From positions 1,116,001 to 1,180,000 of the forward strand of contig NC_000964.3 of the NCBI RefSeq assembly GCF_000009045.1: a stretch of 64,000 nt of DNA, given 5' to 3'. The notes beneath the pieces are model-generated. The model made no database searches and had not been told where the DNA came from. It saw nothing but the letters and a program-made list of their open reading frames with translations. Source of the DNA: Bacillus subtilis subsp. subtilis str. 168. Its GTDB lineage: Bacteria; Bacillota; Bacilli; Bacillales; Bacillaceae. This document shows positions 1 to 8,992 of this stretch, in pieces. Position 1 is the stretch's first letter. Each line of letters starts with the position of its first letter. A program made the position numbers and the translations under genes.

Positions 1-555
1 GATGAAGCGTTTTGCAATGATGTGGTCGGGCAGGCAAGCCAAGTGTTTCCATCCATTGATATATTGGTTAACAATGCAGCTGAGCAGCATGTCCAGCCCA
101 GCATTGAAAAAATCACCAGCCACCAGCTGATCAGAACCTTCCAAACAAACATTTTTTCCATGTTTTACTTAACAAAGGCAGTGCTGCCTCATTTAAAAAA
201 AGGGAGCTCTATTATTAATACCGCTTCAATTACCGCCTATAAAGGCAATAAAACGCTGATCGATTATTCAGCGACAAAAGGCGCGATCGTTACGTTTACA
301 AGGTCCCTTTCCCAGTCGCTTGTTCAGCAGGGCATACGGGTCAATGCAGTGGCACCGGGTCCCATTTGGACACCGCTTATCCCGGCCAGCTTTGCCGCAA
401 AAGACGTGGAAGTGTTTGGTTCAGACGTGCCGATGGAACGCCCGGGGCAGCCGGTCGAAGTGGCGCCAAGCTATCTATACCTTGCCAGCGACGATTCCAC
501 ATACGTCACAGGGCAGACGATTCACGTCAATGGCGGAACAATTGTGAACGGATAA
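1..555 (+). CDS. yhxC: SDR-family oxidoreductase, 3' part (start lies before the window)
   Basis: Frame open from base 1 ([10 protein letters not shown]...). SDR motifs NNAA, YxxxK (YSATK), [11 protein letters not shown]. Confidence 0.9.
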   Translation, partial: DEAFCNDVVGQASQVFPSIDILVNNAAEQHVQPSIEKITSHQLIRTFQTNIFSMFYLTKAVLPHLKKGSSIINTASITAYKGNKTLIDYSATKGAIVTFTRSLSQSLVQQGIRVNAVAPGPIWTPLIPASFAAKDVEVFGSDVPMERPGQPVEVAPSYLYLASDDSTYVTGQTIHVNGGTIVNG

Positions 556-556
556 T

Positions 557-587
557 AAAAAGCCAATCCTTGAAGGATTGGCTTATT
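557..587. terminator. Bidirectional intrinsic terminator between yhxC and yhzC
   Basis: AGCCAATCC-TTGAA-GGATTGGCT hairpin with flanking A/T tracts, between convergent genes. Confidence 0.8.
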
Positions 588-816
588 CGCTCTGCTTGAG
601 CGCTGCATATTCTTTAGAGAGCGTAAGAAACGCATCTTTATCTTTTTCGTCCAAGGCTTTGTTAATTTGGTCCGTCAGCATGGCAAGCCGACGGTTATAC
701 AAGGATTCATCGAGCACCATTTGAATGTAAATATCCGTCATTGTGACATCGAATTCTTTTGTTTTTTGCGTGTTGCGGGACTTCATGAGCTCAGTGTACG
801 ATTTTTTCTCTTTCAT
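583..816 (-). CDS. yhzC: Small IDEAL-domain protein (77 aa)
   Basis: MKEKKSY... downstream of a GGGGGA RBS. C-terminal QINKALDEKDKDAFLTLS is IDEAL-like. Divergent from comK. Confidence 0.85.
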   Translation of the reverse strand: MKEKKSYTELMKSRNTQKTKEFDVTMTDIYIQMVLDESLYNRRLAMLTDQINKALDEKDKDAFLTLSKEYAALKQSE

Positions 817-961
817 AAAGAATCCCCCCAATGCCTTTTTTATAGTATATGGATAACGGTCGAAAAAATCAATAAATTTTTATAATTTTTAGACAACTAA
901 TACTTGGCAATCTATCGACATATCCTGCAAAATGCCGTAAACCGGCAAGTCTTATGAAAGT

Positions 962-1018
962 AAAATCGGTTTATTACTAGTCATTTAGTACCATTAAATA
1001 TCATTAAAAGATGATTTT
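962..1018 (+). promoter_or_regulatory. ComK box of the comK promoter (two AT-boxes, 31-nt spacer)
   Basis: AAAA-TCGGT-TTAT (962-974) and AAAA-GATGA-TTTT (1006-1018). Starts are 44 bp apart, the known four-turn geometry of PcomK. Confidence 0.85.
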
Positions 1019-1108
1019 ATCTTAAATGTTAAAAAAACCTGTCGTTTTACAAAAACAGATGATAGATTATTAGTATAAATTTTGCAGAAAAAGGATGGAG
1101 GCCATAAT

Positions 1109-1687
1109 ATGAGTCAGAAAACAGACGCACCTTTAGAATCGTATGAAGTGAACGGCGCAACAATTGCCGTGCTGCCAGAAGAAATAGACGGCAAAATCTG
1201 TTCCAAAATTATTGAAAAAGATTGCGTGTTTTATGTAAACATGAAGCCGCTGCAAATTGTCGACAGAAGCTGCCGATTTTTTGGATCAAGCTATGCGGGA
1301 AGAAAAGCAGGAACTTATGAAGTGACAAAAATTTCACACAAGCCGCCGATCATGGTGGACCCTTCGAACCAAATCTTTTTATTCCCTACACTTTCTTCGA
1401 CAAGACCCCAATGCGGCTGGATTTCCCATGTGCATGTAAAAGAATTCAAAGCGACTGAATTCGACGATACGGAAGTGACGTTTTCCAATGGGAAAACGAT
1501 GGAGCTGCCGATCTCTTATAATTCGTTCGAGAACCAGGTATACCGAACAGCGTGGCTCAGAACCAAATTCCAAGACAGAATCGACCACCGCGTGCCGAAA
1601 AGACAGGAATTTATGCTGTACCCGAAAGAAGAGCGGACGAAGATGATTTATGATTTTATTTTGCGTGAGCTCGGGGAACGGTATTAG
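1109..1687 (+). CDS. comK: Competence master transcription factor ComK (192 aa)
   Basis: MSQKTDAPLESYEVNGATIAVLPEEIDGK... recognised. GGAGG RBS before the ATG at 1109. Confidence 0.98.
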   Translation: MSQKTDAPLESYEVNGATIAVLPEEIDGKICSKIIEKDCVFYVNMKPLQIVDRSCRFFGSSYAGRKAGTYEVTKISHKPPIMVDPSNQIFLFPTLSSTRPQCGWISHVHVKEFKATEFDDTEVTFSNGKTMELPISYNSFENQVYRTAWLRTKFQDRIDHRVPKRQEFMLYPKEERTKMIYDFILRELGERY

Positions 1688-1696
1688 AAAAATAGG

Positions 1697-1726
1697 AAGG
1701 AGCTGACCGAACAGGGCAGCTCCTTT
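1697..1726. terminator. Terminator between comK and yhxD
   Basis: AAGGAGCTG...CAGCTCCTT hairpin between convergent genes. Confidence 0.75.
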
Positions 1727-1733
1727 CATAAAG

Positions 1734-2633
1734 CTATGCCGTCGGAATTCCTCCGGTGATGCCATATACCTGAGATGTCACATAGCTTGAATTCTCTGAA
1801 GCTAGAAATACATAAACATCGGCCAATTCCACTGGCTGCCCAGCGCGATTTAATGGAGCTGGCGGCGTGCCTTGTCCGAATTTCGGGATGTTTTCCGTCG
1901 GCTGTCCGCCGGAAATTTGCAGCGGTGTCCAAATTGGTCCGGGCGCAACTGAATTTACTCTGATGCCTTTGGAAGCAAGCTGTTTTCCCAGTCCGACGGT
2001 AAAGCCGATAATGGCGTTTTTCGTTGCTGCGTAATCTAACAGCATCGGGCTTGGATTATAGCCTTCAACTGAGGTAGTTGTGATAATTGAAGCTCCCTCC
2101 GGCAAATACGGAAGCGCCGCTTTTACAACCCAGTAAAGGGAAAAGACGTTCACTTCAAATGTTTTATAGATTTGTTCAGTAGGCAGATCTTCGATGTTTT
2201 CGACCGCTTGCTGTTTGCCTGCAACGAGCGCTAGCACATCAAGTCCGCCGAGTTCGTGATGCGACTGTTTGACTAGATCTTGGCAAAAGGATTCGTCGCT
2301 CAAGTCTCCGGGGATCAGCACTGCTTTTCGGCCTTCTGCTTCAATCAGCTCTTTTACCTCTTCAGCATCTGGCTGTTCCTCGGGCAAGTAGTTAATAGCC
2401 ACATCGGCACCTTCTCTGGCGTAAGCAATTGCGGCAGCGCGGCCGATACCGGAATCGCCGCCCGTGACAAGCGCTTTTCGACCCGTTAGTTTACCTGATC
2501 CTTTGTAGCTTTTTTCTCCGCAATCAGGGACAGGCTTCATGTTCTTTTGCAGGCCTGGCGGTTCTTGATATTGTTCGGGAAATTCATCATGAAAAAATGC
2601 TTTTATAGGATTCGTAAGATTTGAATCAGACAT
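1734..2633 (-). CDS. yhxD: General-stress SDR oxidoreductase (299 aa)
   Basis: TGGDSGIG Rossmann motif, [23 protein letters not shown] before MSDSNL. Confidence 0.92.
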   Translation of the reverse strand: MSDSNLTNPIKAFFHDEFPEQYQEPPGLQKNMKPVPDCGEKSYKGSGKLTGRKALVTGGDSGIGRAAAIAYAREGADVAINYLPEEQPDAEEVKELIEAEGRKAVLIPGDLSDESFCQDLVKQSHHELGGLDVLALVAGKQQAVENIEDLPTEQIYKTFEVNVFSLYWVVKAALPYLPEGASIITTTSVEGYNPSPMLLDYAATKNAIIGFTVGLGKQLASKGIRVNSVAPGPIWTPLQISGGQPTENIPKFGQGTPPAPLNRAGQPVELADVYVFLASENSSYVTSQVYGITGGIPTA

Positions 2634-2673
2634 CAGCAACGCTCCTTTTCTGTTTGGTGTACATTCGTATGTG

Positions 2674-2698
2674 TACCCCTGAGCATAAGCAGAAAAAC
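2674..2698 (-). promoter_or_regulatory. SigB-type promoter of yhxD
   Basis: Minus strand GTTTTT-N13-GGGGTA, close to the SigB consensus GTTTAA-N12-14-GGGWAW. Confidence 0.7.
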
Positions 2699-2768
2699 AT
2701 GTTTTGGCAGTTTGAATAGTGAAGGAAAAAGAAAACAAGAAAAAACAAAGCCTTCTTCCATATTTATC

Positions 2769-2797
2769 TTGTCAAATAAGACTATATGAATTATGAT
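2769..2797 (+). promoter_or_regulatory. SigA promoter of yhjA
   Basis: TTGTCA-N17-TATGAT. Confidence 0.7.
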
Positions 2798-2849
2798 AAA
2801 TTCGAGCTATAAATCAACTAAATATTGGGTGTTGGGAGAGTGAATCGTC

Positions 2850-3119
2850 ATGAAAAAAGCGGCGGCGGTTTTGCTGTCACTCGGTCTCGTTTTCGGTTTT
2901 TCATACGGAGCTGGCCATGTGGCGGAAGCCAAAACAAAGGTGAAGGTCTATAAGAACTGCAAGGAGCTAAACAAAGTATACAAAGGCGGAGTGGCCCGCA
3001 CATCGAAGGTGAAAAACAAAGGCGGAAAAACGAAGTACAAGCCTTACGTTTCTAAGGCACTTTACGATGCCAATAAAAACAAAGACCGCGATAAAGATCT
3101 TATCGCCTGTGAACGGTAA
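2850..3119 (+). CDS. yhjA: Secreted Excalibur Ca-binding domain protein (89 aa)
   Basis: Signal peptide (MKK, hydrophobic core, AEA). YKNCKELN...DRDKDLIACE Excalibur signature. Confidence 0.88.
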   Translation: MKKAAAVLLSLGLVFGFSYGAGHVAEAKTKVKVYKNCKELNKVYKGGVARTSKVKNKGGKTKYKPYVSKALYDANKNKDRDKDLIACER

Positions 3120-3124
3120 ATAAG

Positions 3125-3157
3125 AAAAAGCAATCTGGTGTCCAGATTGCTTTTTTT
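3125..3157. terminator. Bidirectional terminator between yhjA and yhjB
   Basis: AAAAAGCAATCTGG-TGT-CCAGATTGCTTTTT perfect hairpin. Confidence 0.9.
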
Positions 3158-3161
3158 ATGC

Positions 3162-4631
3162 TTAGGCCGCCTGATCGGCCGCAGCGCTTTTCGCCTTCCT
3201 TGTCATAAGGCTGACTGCCATCATGACCGTGATATTCAAAAGCAGGGCGACGATGCCGACATTCAAGTCTTTTGCGGCTTGCGGCAGAGCCGGAAATAAA
3301 GTGCCGATCGTCGTTTCCGTCATTGTAATATAAGTAACTGCTCCGACACCTGCAATAATGCCGGCGAAAGCTCCTTGCTTTGTCACCATATTATGCTTGA
3401 GCAGGCTGAACAAAAGGGCGGGGAATAGCTGTGTGACAAGGCTGTAGCCCATCAAAAGCAGCGTAACGATGGTATTCCCGCCTTTGAAGGTAAAATACAC
3501 CGAAATCAGCGCAATCACCGGCACTAAAAACTTAGCAAGCGCCGATACTTGCTGTTCTGTCGTGCGGGGCGCGATTACCTTGTACACATTTTTTGCAAAC
3601 AGTGTGGAGGCGGACATTAAGATCATAGACCCTGGCACAAGTGCTGTCAGCAGTCCGGCAGCACCGATAATTCCGACAAACCAAGGGTCAAATGCTTGCA
3701 GAGACAGTCTCAAAAGCGACAAATCCCCGTCTGCGCCATTCAGATCTGGAACTTGCAGGATAGCCGCAAAGCCGACGAAAAGGACGAAGAGCAGGACCAG
3801 CTGGTACAAAGGCATGATGATGGCGTTTTTACGAAACACTTTTGGGTTTTCGGCTGAATACGAAGCGGAAAACGTGTGAGGCCACATGTAAAAACCAAGC
3901 GCTGTCAAGAGTACGGTTGAACTGAACCAGGCCACACTTTGTCCCGATTCGGGGAGCGTAAGAAAGCCAGGCTTTGCCGTTTCAATCTGCTGAAACATGT
4001 CTTGAAATCCGCCGTAGTAATGAATTGGCAAATACACACCTAAAAACAGAACGACAACCAGAATCATGATGTCCTTCACAACCGATATCCAGGCAGACCC
4101 GTGAATGCCTGAAACCATAACATAAACCGTGATGGAAACAGCGCCGATCCAGATGGCAGCGGTCGGGGTGATTTTGCCGTACGAGGTTTCCGATACAATC
4201 AGCCCGAGGCCTTTCAGCTGCAGTACAAGATAGGGAATGAGTGCGGCGATGCCGACCAGTGAAACGAGAATGCCAAGCAGCGGACTGTTGTATTTTTTTG
4301 TGAAAAAATCAGACTGCGACATCAGTTTATGCTGTTTCGCGTACGTCCAAACTGCTGGAAGAAGCCAGTAAGAAAGGATGTAGGCCAGACATCCGTAGGC
4401 GATGATATAAAAGGCTGGACCGCCTTTTCCGTAGGCCCAGCCGCTGCCGCCGAGAAACGTAAAAGTAGTATAAATTTCGCCTGCCATCAAAAGGAAGACG
4501 AAAACAGTTCCGAAGCCGCGCCCTCCGACCGTCCACTGCTCCAGGTTCATGTCTTTTCCTTTTTGGGCGCGTATACCGAGAAAAATACTCAAGAGCAGGA
4601 CACCGAAGATGATGATGAGAGCTGCATTCAT
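3162..4631 (-). CDS. yhjB: Sodium:solute symporter (SSS family, 489 aa)
   Basis: About 13 hydrophobic helices. SSS-like N-terminus (WTVGGRGFG...GEIYTTFTFLGGSG). Confidence 0.88.
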   Translation of the reverse strand: MNAALIIIFGVLLLSIFLGIRAQKGKDMNLEQWTVGGRGFGTVFVFLLMAGEIYTTFTFLGGSGWAYGKGGPAFYIIAYGCLAYILSYWLLPAVWTYAKQHKLMSQSDFFTKKYNSPLLGILVSLVGIAALIPYLVLQLKGLGLIVSETSYGKITPTAAIWIGAVSITVYVMVSGIHGSAWISVVKDIMILVVVLFLGVYLPIHYYGGFQDMFQQIETAKPGFLTLPESGQSVAWFSSTVLLTALGFYMWPHTFSASYSAENPKVFRKNAIIMPLYQLVLLFVLFVGFAAILQVPDLNGADGDLSLLRLSLQAFDPWFVGIIGAAGLLTALVPGSMILMSASTLFAKNVYKVIAPRTTEQQVSALAKFLVPVIALISVYFTFKGGNTIVTLLLMGYSLVTQLFPALLFSLLKHNMVTKQGAFAGIIAGVGAVTYITMTETTIGTLFPALPQAAKDLNVGIVALLLNITVMMAVSLMTRKAKSAAADQAA

Positions 4632-4828
4632 TCTGCTTCCTCCTTTTTATTTTCCTTGTCGAGGACATACACAATCGCCATCAGCGCAGAGGTCAAAAGA
4701 GCCCACATCACAATATAGGCAAGAATAAACGGCATGCCGAACACATAGGGGGTCACCTTATTTGCAAAAGGGATGCCGAGTAAGATTCCGATAAAGGGTA
4801 AAGCGGCAAGAACGTGAATCAGTTTCAT
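4628..4828 (-). CDS. yhjC: Small two-helix membrane partner of the symporter (DUF3311-like)
   Basis: 66 aa, PYVFGMPF motif, strong AAGGAGG RBS, 4-nt overlap with yhjB. Confidence 0.85.
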   Translation of the reverse strand: MKLIHVLAALPFIGILLGIPFANKVTPYVFGMPFILAYIVMWALLTSALMAIVYVLDKENKKEEAE

Positions 4829-4938
4829 AGAATCCTCCTTCTATTTAGGATTGAGGTGTACAAGCCTAAGCGTACTGAAAATGATGTCGCAGATATCGCA
4901 GCACATGTCATTTTTTGGAGTGAAAGGCTGTGGTTCGA

Positions 4939-4967
4939 ATTATAAATAAATTTATTTTGTTTGTATA
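4939..4967 (-). promoter_or_regulatory. SigA-like promoter of yhjC-yhjB
   Basis: Minus strand TATACA-N17-TATAAT. Confidence 0.55.
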
Positions 4968-5035
4968 GTGTGAATTGTCTGAAATTAATGCTCTGAATCG
5001 CCCGAAGAGGGAACGGGCAGTATGATTCAAAAGGC

Positions 5036-5398
5036 TCAGAGTCTGTCTGGGGCAAATAGATAGTATGTTAATAATTCGCTGACCTGCTCACGGATTCGCG
5101 GATTAAAATAGCGATGGTTTTCTTCATAACCGTCGATGACAAATGTATAGAGTGTAAAGGCCTCATCGCGTTCCGTCTCGCGGATTGCAATTTTTCTTTT
5201 CCTCAGTTCTTTTCTGACCTCCATCAAATCCTTTTGTGCTATTTTTAATGATTCGCTGATAAGCTGTTTATAAGGATGCTTCAATTTTAATGTGCTTTCT
5301 TCAATTCCGGCGAGATCACGGTTAAAAATCGTAATGGCCATGGGCAAAAAGAGAGCCCGTTCAATTAAATCGTATATTTCCTCCTGCAGATTTGGCAT
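5036..5398 (-). CDS. yhjD: Uncharacterised protein (120 aa)
   Basis: ORF with AAGGAG RBS; gene order. Confidence 0.82.
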   Translation of the reverse strand: MPNLQEEIYDLIERALFLPMAITIFNRDLAGIEESTLKLKHPYKQLISESLKIAQKDLMEVRKELRKRKIAIRETERDEAFTLYTFVIDGYEENHRYFNPRIREQVSELLTYYLFAPDRL

Positions 5399-5418
5399 AT
5401 TGACTCCTTCTTTCTAAG

Positions 5419-5432
5419 GGAACGTTTGTTCT
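5419..5432. promoter_or_regulatory. LexA (SOS/Cheo) box
   Basis: GGAAC-GTTT-GTTCT, matching the GAAC-N4-GTTC core. Lies just downstream of the yhjD -10. Confidence 0.75.
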
Positions 5433-5438
5433 ATTTGT

Positions 5439-5467
5439 ATTCTATATCGGCTGGTGAAATGTTTCAA
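5439..5467 (-). promoter_or_regulatory. SigA promoter of yhjD
   Basis: Minus strand TTGAAA-N17-TAGAAT. Confidence 0.7.
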
Positions 5468-5549
5468 GACAGAAAAAATCACCAAAACTTTTTAGTTTTC
5501 TGCTGATAATGTGTAGAATAAGGATAGACAAACCCGGTAAGGAGTATAA

Positions 5550-6173
5550 ATGTTGGAGCATTTTTTATCCTATTTGACACAAGAACATTTAACTGAATTA
5601 TTTCAAAGCTATAGGGCTTTCGGTCCGCTCATTGCTGTGCTGCTGCCTTTAATTGAAGCATTTCTCCCGTTTTTGCCGCTGATCGTGTTTGTGGTGGCGA
5701 ATACGAACTCGTTTGGCTTGTGGGAAGGATTCATCCTATCCTGGGCGGGATCAACTGCTGGTTCCATTCTCGTCTTTTTGATTGTCCGTCAATACGGACA
5801 GAGAAAATTGCTTGGATTTATCCGCAGTCATCCGTCTGTCAGAAAGCTGATGTTATGGGTGGAAAGACACGGCTTCGGTCCCATGTTTCTTCTGCTTTGT
5901 TTTCCATTTACACCGTCAGCCGCGGTGAATGTTGTTGCCGGTTTGTCAAGGATCGGAACGCGGCCGTTTATTTTGGCGGCAGCCTCGGGGAAGCTTGTCA
6001 TGATTTTTATGATCAGCTTCATCGGATATGATCTGCACGCGCTGATTACACAGCCGATTCGAACGGTCATCGCCGTATTGGTGATCACTGTCTTATGGTA
6101 TGTCGGCAAAAAGGTGGAGCGGTATCTGCATGTAAGAGCCAGTCAGCGTGAGCATGATGGAGGGAGACAGTAA
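5550..6173 (+). CDS. yhjE: DedA/TVP38-family membrane protein (207 aa)
   Basis: Hydrophobic. PFLP...FPFTPSAAVNVVAGL motifs typical of the VTT/TVP38 domain. Confidence 0.85.
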   Translation: MLEHFLSYLTQEHLTELFQSYRAFGPLIAVLLPLIEAFLPFLPLIVFVVANTNSFGLWEGFILSWAGSTAGSILVFLIVRQYGQRKLLGFIRSHPSVRKLMLWVERHGFGPMFLLLCFPFTPSAAVNVVAGLSRIGTRPFILAAASGKLVMIFMISFIGYDLHALITQPIRTVIAVLVITVLWYVGKKVERYLHVRASQREHDGGRQ

Positions 6174-6174
6174 C

Positions 6175-6681
6175 ATGAAAAAACGGTTTTGGTTTCTTGC
6201 CGGTGTAGTGTCCGTTGTTCTCGCCATTCAGGTTAAAAATGCTGTCTTTATTGATTACAAGGTAGAAGGCGTCAGTATGAACCCGACCTTCCAGGAAGGA
6301 AACGAATTGTTGGTCAATAAATTTTCGCATCGATTTAAAACCATCCATCGTTTTGACATCGTCCTTTTTAAAGGCCCTGATCATAAAGTGCTGATTAAAC
6401 GGGTAATCGGCTTGCCCGGTGAAACGATCAAATATAAAGATGATCAGCTGTATGTGAACGGAAAGCAGGTTGCTGAGCCATTTTTGAAGCATTTGAAATC
6501 TGTTTCTGCCGGCAGCCATGTAACGGGTGATTTTTCTTTGAAAGATGTGACGGGAACAAGCAAGGTGCCGAAAGGAAAATATTTTGTCGTTGGAGATAAT
6601 CGCATATACAGCTTCGACAGCCGGCATTTTGGTCCGATAAGAGAAAAAAATATTGTCGGTGTGATTTCTGATGCCGAATAA
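6175..6681 (+). CDS. sipV: Type I signal peptidase SipV (168 aa)
   Basis: Ser box GVSMNPT, Lys box LIKRVIGLPGE, GDNR..S.DSR.FG. GGGAG RBS before MKKRFW. Confidence 0.95.
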   Translation: MKKRFWFLAGVVSVVLAIQVKNAVFIDYKVEGVSMNPTFQEGNELLVNKFSHRFKTIHRFDIVLFKGPDHKVLIKRVIGLPGETIKYKDDQLYVNGKQVAEPFLKHLKSVSAGSHVTGDFSLKDVTGTSKVPKGKYFVVGDNRIYSFDSRHFGPIREKNIVGVISDAE

Positions 6682-6710
6682 AAAGACGCTAATTGAAGAG
6701 GCGTCTTTTT
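6681..6710 (+). terminator. Terminator after sipV
   Basis: AAAAGACGC...GCGTCTTTTT. Confidence 0.75.
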
Positions 6711-6732
6711 GTATGCCGTTTGGAAAAATGTG

Positions 6733-6784
6733 TTGAAGAAAAATTTGTAAGGAGCTATAATCAAAATTGTTACCTGTGTAACAA
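6733..6784 (+). promoter_or_regulatory. SigA promoter of yhjG with a palindromic operator over the start site
   Basis: TTGAAG-N17-TATAAT (6733-6761), then TTGTTAC-N4-GTAACAA (6767-6784). Confidence 0.7.
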
Positions 6785-6861
6785 AATTTATATATTTTTT
6801 TGACTGGAGGGCCGTTTTTATTGGTTTTTGTTCGTTTTTCATGAAACAAAAGGAGTGGTGA

Positions 6862-8361
6862 ATGATGATGAAATATGAAGCAGTGATTATAGGAGGAGGG
6901 CCGGTTGGATTTATGCTGGCTTCTGAGCTTGCAATAGCCGGAGTGGGAACATGTGTGATTGAACGGCTTGAAAAACCTGTTCCGCATTCCAAGGCGTTGA
7001 CGCTGCACCCCCGAACGCTGGAGCTTCTTGAGATGAGAGGGATTTTAGAGCGGTTCGTATCCAAGGGAAGCAAGATACCTACCGGACATTTTTCAATGCT
7101 GGATACCCGTCTGGATTTTTCAGGCTTGGATACGAGCTGTCCTTACACGCTTTTGCTCCCGCAGTCCAAAACAGAAAAGCTTCTTGAAGATCATGCACGA
7201 AGCCTGGGAACAGAGGTGTTTCGGGGTGCCGAGGCGCTGGCGGTTACGCAAAACGGGGAAGCGGTCCAAACAATTTTTAAGGATCGGGACGGCAGTGTAC
7301 GGACGATCACAAGCAAGTTTGCCGTTGGGGCAGATGGCGCCGGGAGTACCGTCCGGAAACAGGCGAAAATTGAGTTTCCGGGAACAGACAGCACTGTCAC
7401 CGCTGCGCTTGGGGATGTGGTGCTCCTTTCTCCGCCGCCGTCAGGTGTGCTGTCCCTTTGCACAAAAGAGGGCGGTGTTATGATTGTTCCGTTATCTCCA
7501 GACCGATACCGTGTCGTTGTGATCAGCCCTTATCGCACACAAACGCCGAAAGATGTGCCTGTGACTGAGGAAGAGCTGAAAGCTGACCTCCTGCGAATTT
7601 GCGGAACTGACTTCGGTTTAACCGACCCTTCGTGGATGTCGCGGTTTGGGAACGCCGCGCGCCAAGCGAAACGGTATCGGGACGGCAGAATCTTTCTTGC
7701 GGGTGATGCCGCGCATATTCATTTTCCGGCGGGCGGGCAAGGACTGAATGTCGGCCTTCAGGATGCAATGAACCTCGGGTGGAAACTGGCGGCGGCCATC
7801 AAAGGCTCTGCGCCTTCTTGGCTTTTGGACAGCTACCATGATGAGCGGCATCCGGCAGCGGAAGGGCTCCTCAGAAACACGGAGGCACAGACAAAGCTGA
7901 TCGATTTCACTCAAGCAGGCCTCCATTTGCGAAGCATGATGTCGGAGCTGCTGGCCTTCCCTGATGTGAATCGATATGTAGCGGGGCAAATTTCTGCGCT
8001 CGATGTCAGATATGAAGCTGATCGTACCATGCCGCCGAATCGTTTGAACGGGGCAAGGCTCCCTGACATGAAGCTGATTCTTTCCGACGGCAATTCGGAA
8101 CGGCTGTACAGCTTTCTCCAAAACGGGACATTCGTTTTGCTGTCATTGAGGCAGGAAGCTGATGATCATATCGAAGTAAAAGGCTTACGTACGGTAACCG
8201 CCTCGCTTGCAGAACCGAATGAAAAGTTGCGGAATGTGCATACCATATTGATTCGTCCCGATGGACATGTAGCCTGGGCGGTGGATGCATCAGCGCCCGA
8301 TTGTTCCGAGGTGATTCAAAAAGGGATCAGCCGCTGGTTTTCCGTCACCAGCCGAGTATAA
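6862..8361 (+). CDS. yhjG: FAD-dependent aromatic-ring monooxygenase (499 aa)
   Basis: GGGPVG FAD motif, GADG..S.VR, LAGDAAHIHFPAGGQGLNVGLQDA. Confidence 0.92.
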   Translation: MMMKYEAVIIGGGPVGFMLASELAIAGVGTCVIERLEKPVPHSKALTLHPRTLELLEMRGILERFVSKGSKIPTGHFSMLDTRLDFSGLDTSCPYTLLLPQSKTEKLLEDHARSLGTEVFRGAEALAVTQNGEAVQTIFKDRDGSVRTITSKFAVGADGAGSTVRKQAKIEFPGTDSTVTAALGDVVLLSPPPSGVLSLCTKEGGVMIVPLSPDRYRVVVISPYRTQTPKDVPVTEEELKADLLRICGTDFGLTDPSWMSRFGNAARQAKRYRDGRIFLAGDAAHIHFPAGGQGLNVGLQDAMNLGWKLAAAIKGSAPSWLLDSYHDERHPAAEGLLRNTEAQTKLIDFTQAGLHLRSMMSELLAFPDVNRYVAGQISALDVRYEADRTMPPNRLNGARLPDMKLILSDGNSERLYSFLQNGTFVLLSLRQEADDHIEVKGLRTVTASLAEPNEKLRNVHTILIRPDGHVAWAVDASAPDCSEVIQKGISRWFSVTSRV

Positions 8362-8366
8362 TTCAA

Positions 8367-8417
8367 TTCGATTGTTTCATCTGTAACAAAACGGTATGAT
8401 AGAAGAAACAATCGAAT
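8367..8417 (+). promoter_or_regulatory. Promoter/operator of yhjH
   Basis: TTGTTT-N17-TATGAT overlapping TTGTTTC-N4-GTAACAA. Also a 12-13 bp inverted repeat, TTCGATTGTTTC / GAAACAATCGAA. Confidence 0.6.
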
Positions 8418-8437
8418 GAAAAAGGATGGAAAACCCG

Positions 8438-8965
8438 ATGAACACAGATCATACGAAACGCAATCTTTTTGAATTGTATGCGGAGCTCATTCATCAGCAG
8501 GAGAAATGGGAGGGGCTTATTAAAGCCTTTTTATCTGACGAATTGAGGAAGCTGGATGTAGAGCACGGGAGTAAATCTCAATTGACGATGACAGAAATTC
8601 ATGTTCTATCCTGTGTCGGGGACAATGAACCAATTAATGTCACGTCGATAGCAGAAAAAATGAATACGACAAAAGCGACTGTATCACGCATCAGCACAAA
8701 ATTGCTCGGCGCAGGCTTCCTTCACAGAACACAGCTCAGCGATAATAAAAAGGAGGTCTACTTCCGATTGACGCCTGCTGGAAAAAAGCTGCACAGTTTG
8801 CACAAATATTATCATCAGAAGGCTGAACAGCGTTTTCTGTCATTTTTTGACCGCTATACCGAGGAAGAGATTCTTTTTGCGGAACGGCTGTTTCGGGATC
8901 TGGTGACAAAATGGTATCCGTCGTCAGAAGAAATTGAAGGGGGGCTTCCTAGCATTTTTAAATAA
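8438..8965 (+). CDS. yhjH: MarR-family transcriptional regulator
   Basis: LTMTEIHVL...TKATVSRISTKL...DNKKEVYFRLTPAG winged HTH. Alternative start at 8426. Confidence 0.9.
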   Translation: MNTDHTKRNLFELYAELIHQQEKWEGLIKAFLSDELRKLDVEHGSKSQLTMTEIHVLSCVGDNEPINVTSIAEKMNTTKATVSRISTKLLGAGFLHRTQLSDNKKEVYFRLTPAGKKLHSLHKYYHQKAEQRFLSFFDRYTEEEILFAERLFRDLVTKWYPSSEEIEGGLPSIFK

Positions 8966-8992
8966 AAAACACGCACTGCGGTGCGTGTTTTT
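8965..8992 (+). terminator. Terminator after yhjH
   Basis: AAAAACACGCAC-TGCG-GTGCGTGTTTTT. Confidence 0.9.

Noticed and set aside
6085-7008. 307-aa minus-strand ORF, plus the 209-aa ORF at 6444-7073
   Set aside because: Antisense shadows of sipV and yhjG; no RBS or recognisable motifs, and the sense genes are unambiguous.
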